Source of the DNA: Octopus vulgaris
Taxonomy: Eukaryota
NCBI GenBank assembly: GCA_951406725.2
Contig: OX597824.1
Span: 36,518,001 to 36,582,000, forward strand
Direction of reading: 5' to 3'
Length of the DNA: 64,000 nt
The notes beneath the pieces were generated by a model. The model saw only the letters and a program-made list of their open reading frames with translations. It had not been told where the DNA came from and ran no database searches. Of the stretch, positions 14,977-27,530 are shown piece by piece (position 1 is the stretch's first letter; each line of letters opens with the position of its first letter). Made by a program: the position numbers and the translations under genes.

Positions 14977-15545
14977 GGCCATATACCCTGTTGCAGTATC
15001 AGACACTGGGTCTCATGGCTTCTGATTTTAATTAATTAATTAATTATCTTGTACATGTTTTTTCTTGGTATAAAAAGATGGGCTATAACAAATATTCTGC
15101 TCAATACCACAGACTTGCTTGTCAGTAGCATGTCCCTTAGTGGCTGACAATATGTGCATCTCTGATCAAGAGCAGGAGTAGTAGGGGGAGTATCATAGCC
15201 ATGTGTTGTGAGGAATTCTTTGGGGGTTTGAATAATTCACCTCTGGAAACATGGGTGTTTCATCCAACATCCTTAAACAACCCTTCTTCAGGGACCTTTT
15301 GAGCGAGATGGGTGACTTGACCAGAAGAAAATTCCAACTGGACCCCACCTGCAAGGTCATGTGCTGTTTATCTTGATATGAGATCACCATGTCATGCACA
15401 TATGGTTGTGATGCATGTACCTGATGTACGCTTATCAGACGGGTAGTCATGATGGGTATACTGGGCTTAGTATATTTGACCCCAGTGTCACTTTGATGGC
15501 ATGCACTGCTCTCTCACTCAATAATAATAATGATAATAATAATGA
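14975..15545. repeat. Probable non-autonomous retroelement flanked by (AAT)n tracts
   Basis: ~550 bp of higher-GC sequence bounded on both sides by (aat)n. Single copy in this window, so repeat status is inferred. Confidence 0.45.
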
Positions 15546-15677
15546 TGATGATGATGATGATGGTGATGATAATGATCATGAGGATGATGAAGATTATGAT
15601 GATAAAATTCTTGCAATTAGTGGTCTTTGAAAAGTTTATATATTCAGTGAATTAAGTTTGAAAGTAAATAATCTTAC

Positions 15678-15791
15678 CTTAAATAAAGAACATGCCAACT
15701 GAATATTGTCAGCATCATGGAGATGGATATGTGATGTTGTGATGCTTCCAGTTTTATTGTAGCGGAGCATTTCATCCTTGGAGAGGAGATC
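15678..15791 (-). CDS. 114-nt coding exon ([38 protein letters not shown]), N-terminal part of a MyTH4-like domain; same gene as 50390-51823
   Basis: Acceptor tttttgttcgtttcaccag|GAT, donor AAG|GTAAGA, 38 codons, phase 0 at both ends, so it joins in frame to the upstream exon. The ML-Y-K--I--S-I-L-D----LA--LF pattern matches the start of MyTH4 domains (recognised by eye). Confidence 0.8.
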
Positions 15792-15889
15792 CTGGTGAAA
15801 CGAACAAAAACAGACCAGAATGAACATCTCAACAAAGTCAAATTCACAATAGAAAATGCATATAACAGACACAAGTATATACAAGTATC

Positions 15890-15902
15890 TGTGTGTGTAT
15901 GC

Positions 15903-15947
<45 letters not shown>

Positions 15948-16112
15948 CATATATGTGTGTGCATGTGCATGTGCACACACACATTTACAAACTGTGATAT
16001 ATATGTGTGTGTGTGTTTGTGTGTATGTATATATATGTACATATATGTATATATATGTGTGTGTGTATATATATGTATATATATGTGTGTGTGTATGTAT
16101 ATATATATGTAC

Positions 16113-16143
<31 letters not shown>

Positions 16144-16212
16144 AGTGTATATATGTATATATGTGTGTGTATATATATATATATTTGTATATTTGTATGT
16201 ATATGTATGTAC

Positions 16213-16277
<65 letters not shown>

Positions 16278-16346
16278 GATACATTTATATATATATATGT
16301 ATGTCTATATATGTGCTTGTATATATAAATACATACATATATATAA

Positions 16347-16436
<90 letters not shown>

Positions 16437-16452
16437 AGGTATGTGTATATAT
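15890..16452. repeat. Compound (TG)/(TA) microsatellite just upstream of the 114-nt exon acceptor
   Basis: Directly visible. Similar tracts occur at ~2605-2700, ~7325-7520, ~8340-8730, ~17335-17510, ~27365-27540, ~29755-29935 and (GA)n ~48665-48732. Confidence 0.95.
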
Positions 16453-16679
16453 AAACTCTGTACAACAAAGCAAATTAGCAACATTATTAGTTTCAATATA
16501 ACATTATTAGGCAGTTATTTTTTTTTATCTATTTTATATTGCATTTTGTGATGAATAGTGTCTTTGGAGATAGGTTTTCCAATGGGCCATTCCCTGTTCA
16601 CTGTATTTCTGGCAATGACAGTAACCAGGGAGTCTCAAATTCAATGCACAGCAAATGTCACTAAAGAAGTCAGTATGTG

Positions 16680-16729
<50 letters not shown>

Positions 16730-16958
16730 GAAAATAACATCAATTCTAAAATAGATGCTTTTGTGTCAGCTAAAAGGATGGAGAAAATAAACAGGTTGAG
16801 CAATGGAGCTGTGAGGAAGAAGATGAGCCTAATGCTTAAGGCAGAAATTTCATTGGAGAAAGATTAAATGTTTATTGGCATTGTAAGATAGAGAGATTAG
16901 AAAGACTAACACAGGCTTTCAAATATTTCTGTGAATTCTACAGTTTTATTAGTAAAAT

Positions 16959-17201
16959 GTGGAGGTGCAATGGCCCAGTGGTTGTAGGATTACAGTTTCA
17001 ATTCCCAGATCGGGCGTTGTGAGTGGTTATTGAGCGAAAACACCTCTGTTGTACTCTTTCGCCACAACTTTCTGTCACCCTTTCTTCTGTTGGCCTGCTC
17101 GCTTAGCCAGCGGGGTGGCATCATATGAAGGCTAAAACAATGTGAAGCGCTTTGTGACCAGCGATGTGTAGCAACATCTGATAGCCTGGTCGGTCACGGC
17201 G
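16959..17201 (+). mobile_element. tRNA-headed SINE with 11-bp TSD
   Basis: gtggaggtgcaatggcccagtggtt head; TSD attagtaaaat at 16948-16958 and 17202-17212; head related to 60014-60312. Confidence 0.82.
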
Positions 17202-17372
17202 ATTAGTAAAATAATGTGTCTAGGTTCTCTATCTGGAAAATGGTTTTGTTTAAGAGCTGTGCAATTTTTCTCAACAGGAACAAAGTAACTGTTTCCATGT
17301 GCTGAATTTATAAATATTTATTCCTCTGATTAGACACACATATACACATACATACGTACATACATACATACA

Positions 17373-17406
<34 letters not shown>

Positions 17407-17452
17407 CATATTTACATACATATTTACATACATACATACATATTTACATACA

Positions 17453-17484
<32 letters not shown>

Positions 17485-17572
17485 CACATACATTAGGTGT
17501 GTGTGTGTGCATAAGTATGTAAAAAATAAGATGACAAAAGAATCAATGATTATCTTATGAACTTCACTAGCT

Positions 17573-17633
17573 TACAGCTGTTTCTGCTATATGATGCAAT
17601 GGACTCATAGTTCAATGCTTATAGCTTCATCAG
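17573..17633 (-). ncRNA. Minimal type I hammerhead ribozyme-like motif (Penelope-associated type)
   Basis: Minus strand: CTGATGA-A-GCTATA...TATAGC-A-GAAA-CAGCTG-TA. Both core boxes, helix II and palindromic helix III (ACAGCTGT) are present; A-A mismatch at the base of helix II. Confidence 0.6.
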
Positions 17634-18259
17634 AATGTAAGCTAATGAAGTTCATAAGATAATTGCTTATTCCTTCATTGTCTCATTTTCTCATTATGTC
17701 TCTGTACTTAACTAACACTTCATTCTGAAATATATGTATACTGAATTCTATACAAAGTTATTAGTCATGCAATGCTTAAGCAAAACATGTAAGTATGTAT
17801 GTATAAATATAATGAAACTGGACAAGCTTCTATCGAAATGGAAAATTCAGTGTTGAATCAATAGCAGGTTTCTTGTAATGAAGATTGCAATTTTGACATA
17901 AACCAATATTTCTTAAAAATTAAAAAAAACAAAAAACATACTCTTCAGCTAAGTCTGTGCGAAAGCAATATTGCAAAAGACATCATTTATAAAGCAGCAG
18001 ATTTTTGGTTTCCTTGCTTATGTTTACAATCTTTATTGATGTATATCAGTAAAAGAAAGACATACACAAACATATGGCAAACTTCTGCACATATTCAGCT
18101 ACAATTTAATAAGTTAGTTCTTGAAATATGTCAGTATTTGTTTGGGAATTTCATACTACTGGACTGAAATTTTGGCACTTTTTGTAAAAACTCACTATTC
18201 TATTTCGTTTGGGGATTTGGTTTGCAAGATTCTTTATGTGAGTTCGAGTGTTGGAGCAT

Positions 18260-18547
18260 ATTCTGTCGTATCTGGGGAGAGTCATTTTCTTTTTGTGCCT
18301 TATAATTTAACACACTCACCAGTAAAATTTCCACTTATTTCTTATTTTATTTTCCTAAAATTTTCATTGTATCTTGCAACCTTTTCAGTAGTCAATAGAT
18401 GGACAGAGTCAAGACTATTGAAAAGGTTGCAAGATGCAACAAAAATTTTAGGAAAATAAAAGTAAGAAATAAGTGGAAATTTTACCGGTAAGTGTGTTAA
18501 ATTATAAGGCCCAAAAAGAAAATAACTCTCCCCAGACACAATAGAAT
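18260..18547. repeat. Long foldback (~135-bp arms, ~19-nt spacer)
   Basis: attctgtcgtatctggggagagt...cttttcagtagtc and gactattgaaaagg...actctccccagacacaatagaat are reverse complements; this also explains the mirrored ORFs 18121(+) and 18342(-). Confidence 0.92.
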
Positions 18548-19733
18548 TTACTATTTTATTTTTGTATAAATTTCAATAAAGTAACACTAAGTTTCATATA
18601 TTCTTAATGACTCATGAAAACAAACATTAAGCCCTAAACCAGTGAGAATTTTGGCAGTCATGAAGTGTATTTCACAGAAAATACAAAATAGATGAAGTGA
18701 GATTTTGCAAACTACAGTCAGACATTTTACTAAGTCAAGCAGACATTTATAAGTTTACAACTAATCTCAAAATGTCTCCGAGGATGAGTTTCTTAGATGT
18801 CAACACTAAATGTTTTTAGTTAAAGAAAAAATCACAGCAAATAACTTTTCCAACAACAAATATCAATTCAACTTTAAATTTTAATTCCATGGAAATTAAA
18901 TGTAATTCTTGCTTGATAATGAGAATTTGGAAAACAAGAATTACAAAAGTATGACATAAACTTTATGTCTGACTTAAGTATATCAGCATTAAATATTGAA
19001 GCAATTTATCAGAACTATATACATCTACATTCAGTGGGCAGATAATATGGTTATCAAAAGTATAATAGACTGTTTGATAAATCTACAGAGGATTGATTTG
19101 TTCGTCTGGTTCACATTGGAGGTGGCGAGAAGTAATGTTATTACTAAGACCCATGGTTAACAGTTTTTATATTATCAGTTCAAATACTGTCATATGTATT
19201 GGTGTGAATGTATTTGTGCTGATGCTTATATGTTTCTGAATAAGTATATATATATATCTTTCTATAGATATATATATATATGTGCATGCATTTTTTGTGC
19301 AAATCCCAAAGTAGTGAATGATTCAGCCAGGCCACAGTCCAATGCCTGAAACAGGTGAAAGTGTGAAGAATAAAAGGAGGTGTTGGTATGTAACTGAGGT
19401 TGGCAAATTACCATTTACATACCAAGCCATACATATTTGTATAGGCATGGTTCTATAATATTTCAGTTACTATGCTTGTAGAATAATACAAAGAAAGACC
19501 CTATGGATTTAGTGGTAGCTGGATAAAGGAAAAGCTACAATCTCATTATCAAGATGTGATCTATTTAAACTAGACATGGAAAGTTGATCTTCTTTGCTTT
19601 ATTTTCACTAGCAATGATGTTTTGTGGGATAAGAAGGAATTCTTCTTGTGAGTGAAGGGATCAGACCCCTCTTCAGGAATTCCCCTAGATGGCACTGGTA
19701 AGATTTGAAAAGGGAGAAGATAAATTGGTTTGT

Positions 19734-19961
19734 TTTACCCTTTCGTTACCAACTTGGCTGAAACCGGCTCTGGCTCTGAGTACAAATGTCTTGTTTTCTT
19801 AAGTTTTGAATTAAAATATTCCACCAAGCCTTAGTCACAACTTACATTCCTAACACTAGCTGAATGATAACTAAGTTATTTTACTAAACTCTTTGTTATA
19901 TTTAAAGTAATTGAAAGAAATACAGAGCATCTCAAAATAAATACAGTAACGAAAGGGTTAA
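19734..19961 (+). mobile_element. TTAA-flanked MITE family 1 (piggyBac/Kolobok-like)
   Basis: TIR ccctttcgttac...gtaacgaaaggg followed by TTAA; near-identical to 58998-59226 and 53417-53858. Confidence 0.85.
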
Positions 19962-22597
19962 TAAAATTAAGATGATTGTCAACTTTTTAAACTTGTCAAC
20001 GTTATAGTAAAGAGTAAAGAAAGAAGAATTATTAAATGGATGTAAATTTCATGTTGTCTTCATAATAGAGAGGAAGAGGAGGAGGAGGAGGAGTGAGATT
20101 TCATTAAATATTTTTTTGTAAGAATTTTTTTGTCAGTTTGGGAACTGTTTGGGCCAGGATCTAACCAATGTCTTGAGAGTGAATTTGGTAGCTGGAAGCT
20201 AGATGGAACCTCATCCTGTGTGTTTAGCGAAAATAGACCAAAAGAATAAGTACAAGACTTTAAAAATAATAATAATAATAATAATAATAATAAAGTACTG
20301 AGGTTGATTTCATTGACTAAAACCTTGAGCAGTGTCTCAGATTTGAAAATTGAAATGAGTAAAAGAATTCCTATATGAATAGGCTATATTGTATACATTC
20401 CTATATCAAACAGATATATTGTATATATTACAATATATTATTTAATATTTAGTCTCTTCTTCACAAAGTAGGACAATTTATAGTGGTAATTCATTTACAT
20501 TTTTGTAAATGAACATAAAATATCTGAGATATTGTCAGTATGCATACATTACATTAAGTTTTGGCCGTTCTGCTTATTCTCTTGTATTTCATTTCTTTTA
20601 TGAAAATCATATACTAGATATTATAAATTAGATATCCAACATCATACTATTATATATTAGATATCCGACATTGTACTAGTATATATTAGATATCCAAAAT
20701 GTCTCCTGGTAAAAACAACAAAACAATGAGCAGGAATAGAAAGTATATAATTATGTTGTGAGGAAAATTCAACGTTTCAGACAGTGGTCTTTTGACAAGA
20801 ACAAAAACAGTGGGGACACAAACAAGTAAAAGAAATTTTAAGTACAAAGCTGTCAAAGCAAAAACAACATGGTGGGGGAATAAAGAATAGGAGTGAAAGA
20901 GCGAGTGTGGGCTGAATGGTGTTTGGTAGTCAGGAGAGTGAAAAGGGAAGGGAATTAAGTAAGAAGTGGGGAGAGATGAAGTTGTATGAGAAGACTAGTT
21001 TTATATGTGTGCGCATATGTGTGTAAATGAGTGTGTGTATATATGTATAAGGGAATGTGTTTCTTTGAATATGTTATGTGAGTGGGTACAGATGTGTGTA
21101 TGATCTGGGGCTTAGGCACAAGCATGGCTGTGTGGTTAAGAAGCTTACTTCTCAACCATTTGGTTTGTGGTTTAGTCCCAATGTAGATCACCTTGAGTAA
21201 GTATCTTCATTTATAACTGCAAGCCAACCAAAGCCTTCTGAGTAGATTTGGTAGATGGAAATTGAAAGAAAAACGTGTTGTGTGCATGTGCATGAGAGAG
21301 CTGCTCATTTCTTGTCTTCCATGAAAAATATGTATGGCCAGAGGGAAATATTTCCTTACTTGAAAACAGATGTGGGTTAGTGACAGGAAGAACATCCAGT
21401 CACAGAAAATCTGGTTCAACAAATTCTGTTTGATCCATGCAAGCATGGAAAAGTGAATATCAAAATGATGATGACATCTGTATATTTGTTTGTTTGTCTG
21501 TGTGTTTATCTACCTATCTACCTATCTACATATCTATATATTTATTTATACACACACACATACACACACATGCCTATACTCACATAAAATTCTGACATAC
21601 TTCCATATACACACATACCCACACCCATCTAAAGACCTACATATATTGCCCTCTCCCACCTTCAGTCTTTATTCACCATGTTTTGTTTTTGTTTGTCTGC
21701 TTTACATGTAACCCTCTTTACTCTTTTTTTTGTTGTTGTTGTTCCTGATGAACCACAGTCCAAAATATTGATTTTACTTGTAATTATATCTGATGTAGAC
21801 CAACTTGACTGTCACTGAATTTACATTATACATTGGATATGTATAATTATATAACTTCTCTTCCTCCACTGATGATTGAACATGTAACACATGAAACTTT
21901 AAGCTCCCTGAATCTGGACTATCCTGCAGATATTTATTTTACATACACCTTTCTAAATAGATTATGTTGTTCCCAGTTTATATTTAGTTGTTTAATTGTA
22001 CACACATTTTAATCAGCACTTTACACACTTATATACATGCACATACACATTTAGAATCAGAAAAACACACAATCAGACATAAAAACAAACACACACACAC
22101 ACAAACGCAGAAACAGTAAAAAGATATCCGTCAGTTTTGATGATAAGCTTACCAATTGCTTTATCAACTGAGCTGTCAGTTTATCGAATTAGCATTAAGT
22201 GGCTGAGTGTTCCACAGACAGCTACAATCTTATTGTAATTATCAAGCAAATACAGCTTGATATAATCTACGAACTATTTGGTGGGCTTCCACACAGTTTC
22301 CATCTCCACAATTTTGCACACAAGGCTTAGGTCGACTCAAGACTATGAGGGAAATTGCTTGCCCAAGTTGTGATGCAGTAGGATCAAATCCAGCACAACT
22401 CCGTAATTATGAAATAAACTTCTTAACCTTTCAGATGTGTCTGTGTTATAAATTAATGAGTGTAATCAAAAATAAACTCAACTACATAAACAATTCACAA
22501 AACAAAACATACACACATATAGATACACACAACAGATAGATAACACTCACACACACACACACATGCACACACAACAAATGCCAATGAAAACAGAAAT

Positions 22598-22628
<31 letters not shown>

Positions 22629-24210
22629 GACTTCAATGCCATTAAAACAATCAAAATAAACCCTGAACTAATCAATTCAGGTTAGACTAGATACTAAGAC
22701 CTAAAATGTGTTATAAATGGCTATTTTGCCAAACTCTGGCTATATTGCTGTTTCTTAATCCGGTCGAATTGCACTGTGCAGAATACTTTACTTAAGCAGG
22801 CTACCACCACCACCACCACCACCACCACCACCACTGCCGCCACCGCCGTCATGATCATCATCACTGACAATTTATTATAGCAAATATAGATCAAAGGATT
22901 ATTGTGATGAGTGAGTAATTTGATCTGGTTTACTGGTCAATGGAAGCAGACAACAGGAGCCAGCTAACAGATTATCATGTCAGTAGAGAGATAGTTGGGT
23001 AGATTTCAACACTGATCTGAATGCGAGTAATAAACAGCAAAACAGAATGTGCTATTGAGCTATTTAACCTTTTAATATTCACACACTGTCACACTCACAC
23101 ACCCACACTCTTCTGATGGATAAAGCAACAATGTGTTTTCCTCTTATTGACAATAAGGTAACAATACAAGACAATAGCATCATCACCACTTTCATTATCA
23201 TTGTCAGCATAATCAGGGAGTTCCTTAGAATTGAGGAAGATATCCATCTTCCCACCGGTGGATGTCTTTGCAGGATTAATATATTATGGGGTGGTGAACT
23301 GGCAGAATCGTTAGCACAGCAGCTAAAAATTCTTAGCAACATTTCATCCATCTTCACATTCTGAGTTCAAATTCCACTGAGACCAACTTTGCCTTTCATC
23401 CTTTCAGGGTCAATAAATTAAAAATCAGTTGAGTTCTGGGGTTGATATGATTCACTAACCCACTCTCCCAAAATTGCCAGCCTGGTGCAAAAATTTAAAA
23501 TCAATATATCATGGGGTAGACTTGCTATGTATTAGACATTCCATGTATTTTGAATCAAATCCAAAACATGGACCCAGTAATAAATTAGACTAAGCCAATC
23601 AGGTAGTCTATTTTAAAGGTGAATGTCGAGTGATTTCTAGTCACCATTTTTTTTAATCTATAAGAGGAACTTAACTTAGCACTGCATGCTAACAAATCCT
23701 TCACTAATTATACAGAGGTTCTGTTGATTATGTCTCTGAGCAACCAATGGCAGTTATTTACAGTTACTTTCTGAACTGAGCCAATGAGATGAGTCAGGTA
23801 GCAAGGATAGGTCATGTCACAGGATACATTACAGGCAGTCACAGAGCATGTTACAAGCCATGTCACATGGACCAGGTAGCAGTTGGAGGTCATAAGCCAT
23901 TGATGTTTCAACTAGTATGCAAATACCAATCAATTCACCAGTGAAACATAGGGTTTACTTCTGAACAGTTTCATGTTTATTGTCAGAAATATTGAAATGC
24001 TTTAAATATACATTGGAATTCAGTGTAAAAAGAAGCAGGAAGTGGGATGAGTTCATCTTGAGTGGAAGTGCAAAATAACTGGTTTCATTGTGTCTGGAGA
24101 AAAGAATTTGTGAGTTTGGCAGAAGTCTTCTAGAGATCAATCACACTTCACCATTTATACTAAAGATCAATCATGGTTTGCCATTCACCAAACAAATATA
24201 CAACAAAAGG

Positions 24211-25214
24211 TGCTACTTTGGCATGTGATCTACAACTTAAAGGGAGATTGCTTTAGGTTACTTTTTAGTTTACTTTTCAATTTCTAAAAACCCAGATGTT
24301 GGCTAAGACATAAATGAAACATGGTTTTATTATTATTAAAATTGTAAGAATTTTTTTACGAAGAAATGGCCTTTTATATTCTTTTATTCTTTTATCTGTT
24401 TCAGTCATTTGACTGTGGTCATGCTGGAGCATCACCTTTAGTCGAACAAATTGACCCCAGGACTTATTCTTTGTAAGCCTAGTACTTATTCTATCAGTCT
24501 CTTTTGCTGAACTGCTAAGTTATGGTGACATGAACACACCAACATCGGTTGTCAAGCGATGGTGTGGGGAACAAACACAAACACACACACACATATATAT
24601 GGTGGGCTTCTTTCAGTTTCCATCTACCAAATCCACTCACAAGGCTTTGGTTGGCCCAAGGCTATAGTTGAAGACACTTGCCCTAGGTACCATGCCGTGG
24701 GACTGAACCTGGAACCATGTGATTGGTAAGCAAGCTACTTACCACACAGCCACTCCTGATGAACAAAATGTTGCATCATGTCATTGTTGTGATAAAGAAA
24801 CGAAGGAAACTCAAAGAAATGGGTAAAACGATGAAATTTTGCCAAATTTACATTGCAAAACTCATGGCTGCCAAACTCATGGAATTTACATGCTTATTTT
24901 AATTATTATATTATTGTTTATTCATGGTTTCTTATTATTATTTACTAAGACATAAATGAAACATGGTTTTATTATTATTAAAATTGTAAGAATTTTGGAA
25001 AAATACATTTACAATACTAAGCATGTACAAATAAACTTATATAATATTTAAATAGCAATTTGAAAATAAAGATGAAATAAAACTTTGAATAATGTTATTG
25101 ATGAATTGAGCGAACATTTGTGAGAAATGTAAGAACATCTTATGGGTTTTTAGAAATTGAAAAGTAAACTAAAGTAATTCCCTTTTAAGTTGTAGATCAC
25201 ATGCGAAAATAACA
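24211..25214. mobile_element. Foldback-type element with ~90-bp terminal inverted repeats and an internal 52-bp direct repeat
   Basis: gcatgtgatctacaacttaaa...agtttacttttcaatttctaaaaaccc at 24221-24293 is inverted at 25144-25204; ctaagacataaatgaaacatggttttattattattaaaattgtaagaatttt occurs at ~24303 and ~24945. Confidence 0.75.
24371..24758 (-). mobile_element. SINE family A (full length), nested in a foldback element
   Basis: Reverse complement of family A from the ttttattctttt tail to accacacagccactcctg. Confidence 0.88.
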
Positions 25215-27460
25215 AGGAAATCTCTACTTTCTAAAAATAGTAACCAAATATTCCTCAAATCACATCATTCTATTCTAAATAAAAGCAAGATAGTCATGGC
25301 TGGATTGCTTTTAATCACAGGCCTACTCAACTGGGTTCAATCAGGGTTTAAACAACAAGTCACAATGTAATCCGACATATTTCAGTGTTACTGAGCCCTA
25401 TTATAATAGGGTTCATTTGGTTAAGGTAATTAGATTCGTCTGTTAATGTTAGTTAGTAATCCAAGGAACATTGAATCCTACTGAGAATGGTTTTCAAGTT
25501 ACCATTCACTGAAACAGTTAACACAGCTAGGATGAGCTGAGGAATGATGATGATGATGAATATCTTTTACATTGTTACATAACAACCATAAATGCACAGG
25601 GAAGTCTATATATGGCTGGTACTTAATTCAACCTGATGAGTGAAGAATGGTAAAAATTGTTATTGATAGAAATGAAATTCTAACAGGAAAATGGAACAAA
25701 ATATGATGTCAAAGGCTCCACTTAATGATGAGGAGGAGGAGGAGGGGGAGAAGGAGAATTTCTTATCCACATGAGTACAAATCTTTAGGAGAGAGATAAA
25801 GTCAGACGAATTGCCCCTAGAGAGGTAAAAAAAACCAAAAAAACAACTAAAGCAGGATATAAACTCAAAATGTAAAGAGACAGTATTTTGTTCAGCATTC
25901 TACCATTTTTGTTGGTCTAAGATATCTTGAAACCTTACATCTAAGAGATGTTACAATGAGTCGTGGACACTGCAACAGAGTTGAGTTCATTATCTTTTCT
26001 ACTGAAAACTTTTAAAGGTTAGCAAAAAACTATACAATCTTCTAATCTTCAGACTAAGAAAATCCAAAAACTAATGCTGATATTTGCATAGATCTCAACA
26101 TGGCAGTTATTTCATAGTTTCAAAATGCCAGTCATGAAATATCTGAATTGCACTATCTTGTTAGTCAACTGAAAAATGTAATTAATTAAGCTAATCCAAT
26201 GTTTTCTGGATTGAGGAAACCGCTGACCACATCCTTAAACTTTTCATCTTAATACGTACTTCATCTTTTAGAACCTTTTTATCTCTCTAGAGAATTGGCG
26301 AAGAGAGTACATTTATTCAAAGTCAACATCACAGAGGTCTACCCTGAAGAGGATGATGGAGAATAAAACAGTATCCCTGATTGGACTGGATTCAAATTAT
26401 TTGTGTCATCCACTGAATTTTTGACCCAAACTGGTACACAATCCTGCACCTAGAACTGTTCTACAATGCTGATTGTAATTCTACAAATATCCAAGTTGAA
26501 AAGTTTAGTAATTGGTGAAGAATATCTTACCTTTGCCTCTCTCATAGATGAAAAGGCATATTCCTAAATGTTATAGATCTTGTATACACACCTATATATG
26601 GAACCTAGAGTCCAACCTGACACCTAACTTCAGAAGGCTTCCAATAAGTATCATCTAATACAGTGCTATCATAAGTATAAAAACAATAGTAGTTCTTGAC
26701 GACTTTTTGTTTTTCAACAATGCTAATCATTATTTTAAAGCTTTTATTAGATGCTTTGACCCAGAAAACAGGATTAGCATACTTAGTTTAATTTCTGGAT
26801 TGGCTAAAAGATGAGAGAGTGCAAAATAGGTGTTTTATAGAAACCATCTGGAAAATCCTGACTAGCTAGCCGTGCAAAAGTCTGTGTAATTGTCAGCATT
26901 GATTTGATTCTCCATGCTCTAATGATTTTCAAAATATACAGATTTGCTAGACTCTGAAAGCATTGAATGAGCTTATGTTTGTTAACATCATGAACTTGTG
27001 AAGGCACTGAAAAGAATGAAGGATGCTGGTCATCCTACCACAATTTATTCATGTGAAAAAAAAACTTGGCAAGGTTTATACTCATATTTATTGAATCACA
27101 ATTTCAATAACTTTACCATTTAGCTTCCATATATTTTTATGAAATTTTAAAATAACAATGTGGTTGGAATAATTTGAGGAGATCTATTGGTGTTGGTAAT
27201 AAATTAGATGAGTAGGAATGATGTCAGTGAAGTTCAACACGAGCTGGAGAATTAAGGCAGTCTTAATGACTGGAAAACAGATTAAGATAATTATATAGTT
27301 GAACGATTATATATTGCACAAGGGGGAGATTTACAGGATTTCTTCCTTTGCATACAATGTTTACTCTGTGTGTGTGTGCATGTGTGAATGTTTATGAGTG
27401 GTTATATGTATGTGTGTGTGTGCATGCATGTGTGTGTGCATGCATGTGTGTGCTTGTGTT

Positions 27461-27530
<70 letters not shown>

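Noticed and set aside
15795-16551. Long ORFs rich in YI/HT/CV/MYVC, here and at ~7275-7607, ~8439-8902, ~28921-29375 and ~47542-48209
   Set aside because: Translations of stop-free microsatellites, not genes.
26100-27100. Non-repetitive, coding-like sequence (also ~38260-38950 and ~44700-45000)
   Set aside because: Stops in all frames and no motif I can recognise; may be ancient transposon debris but unsupported.
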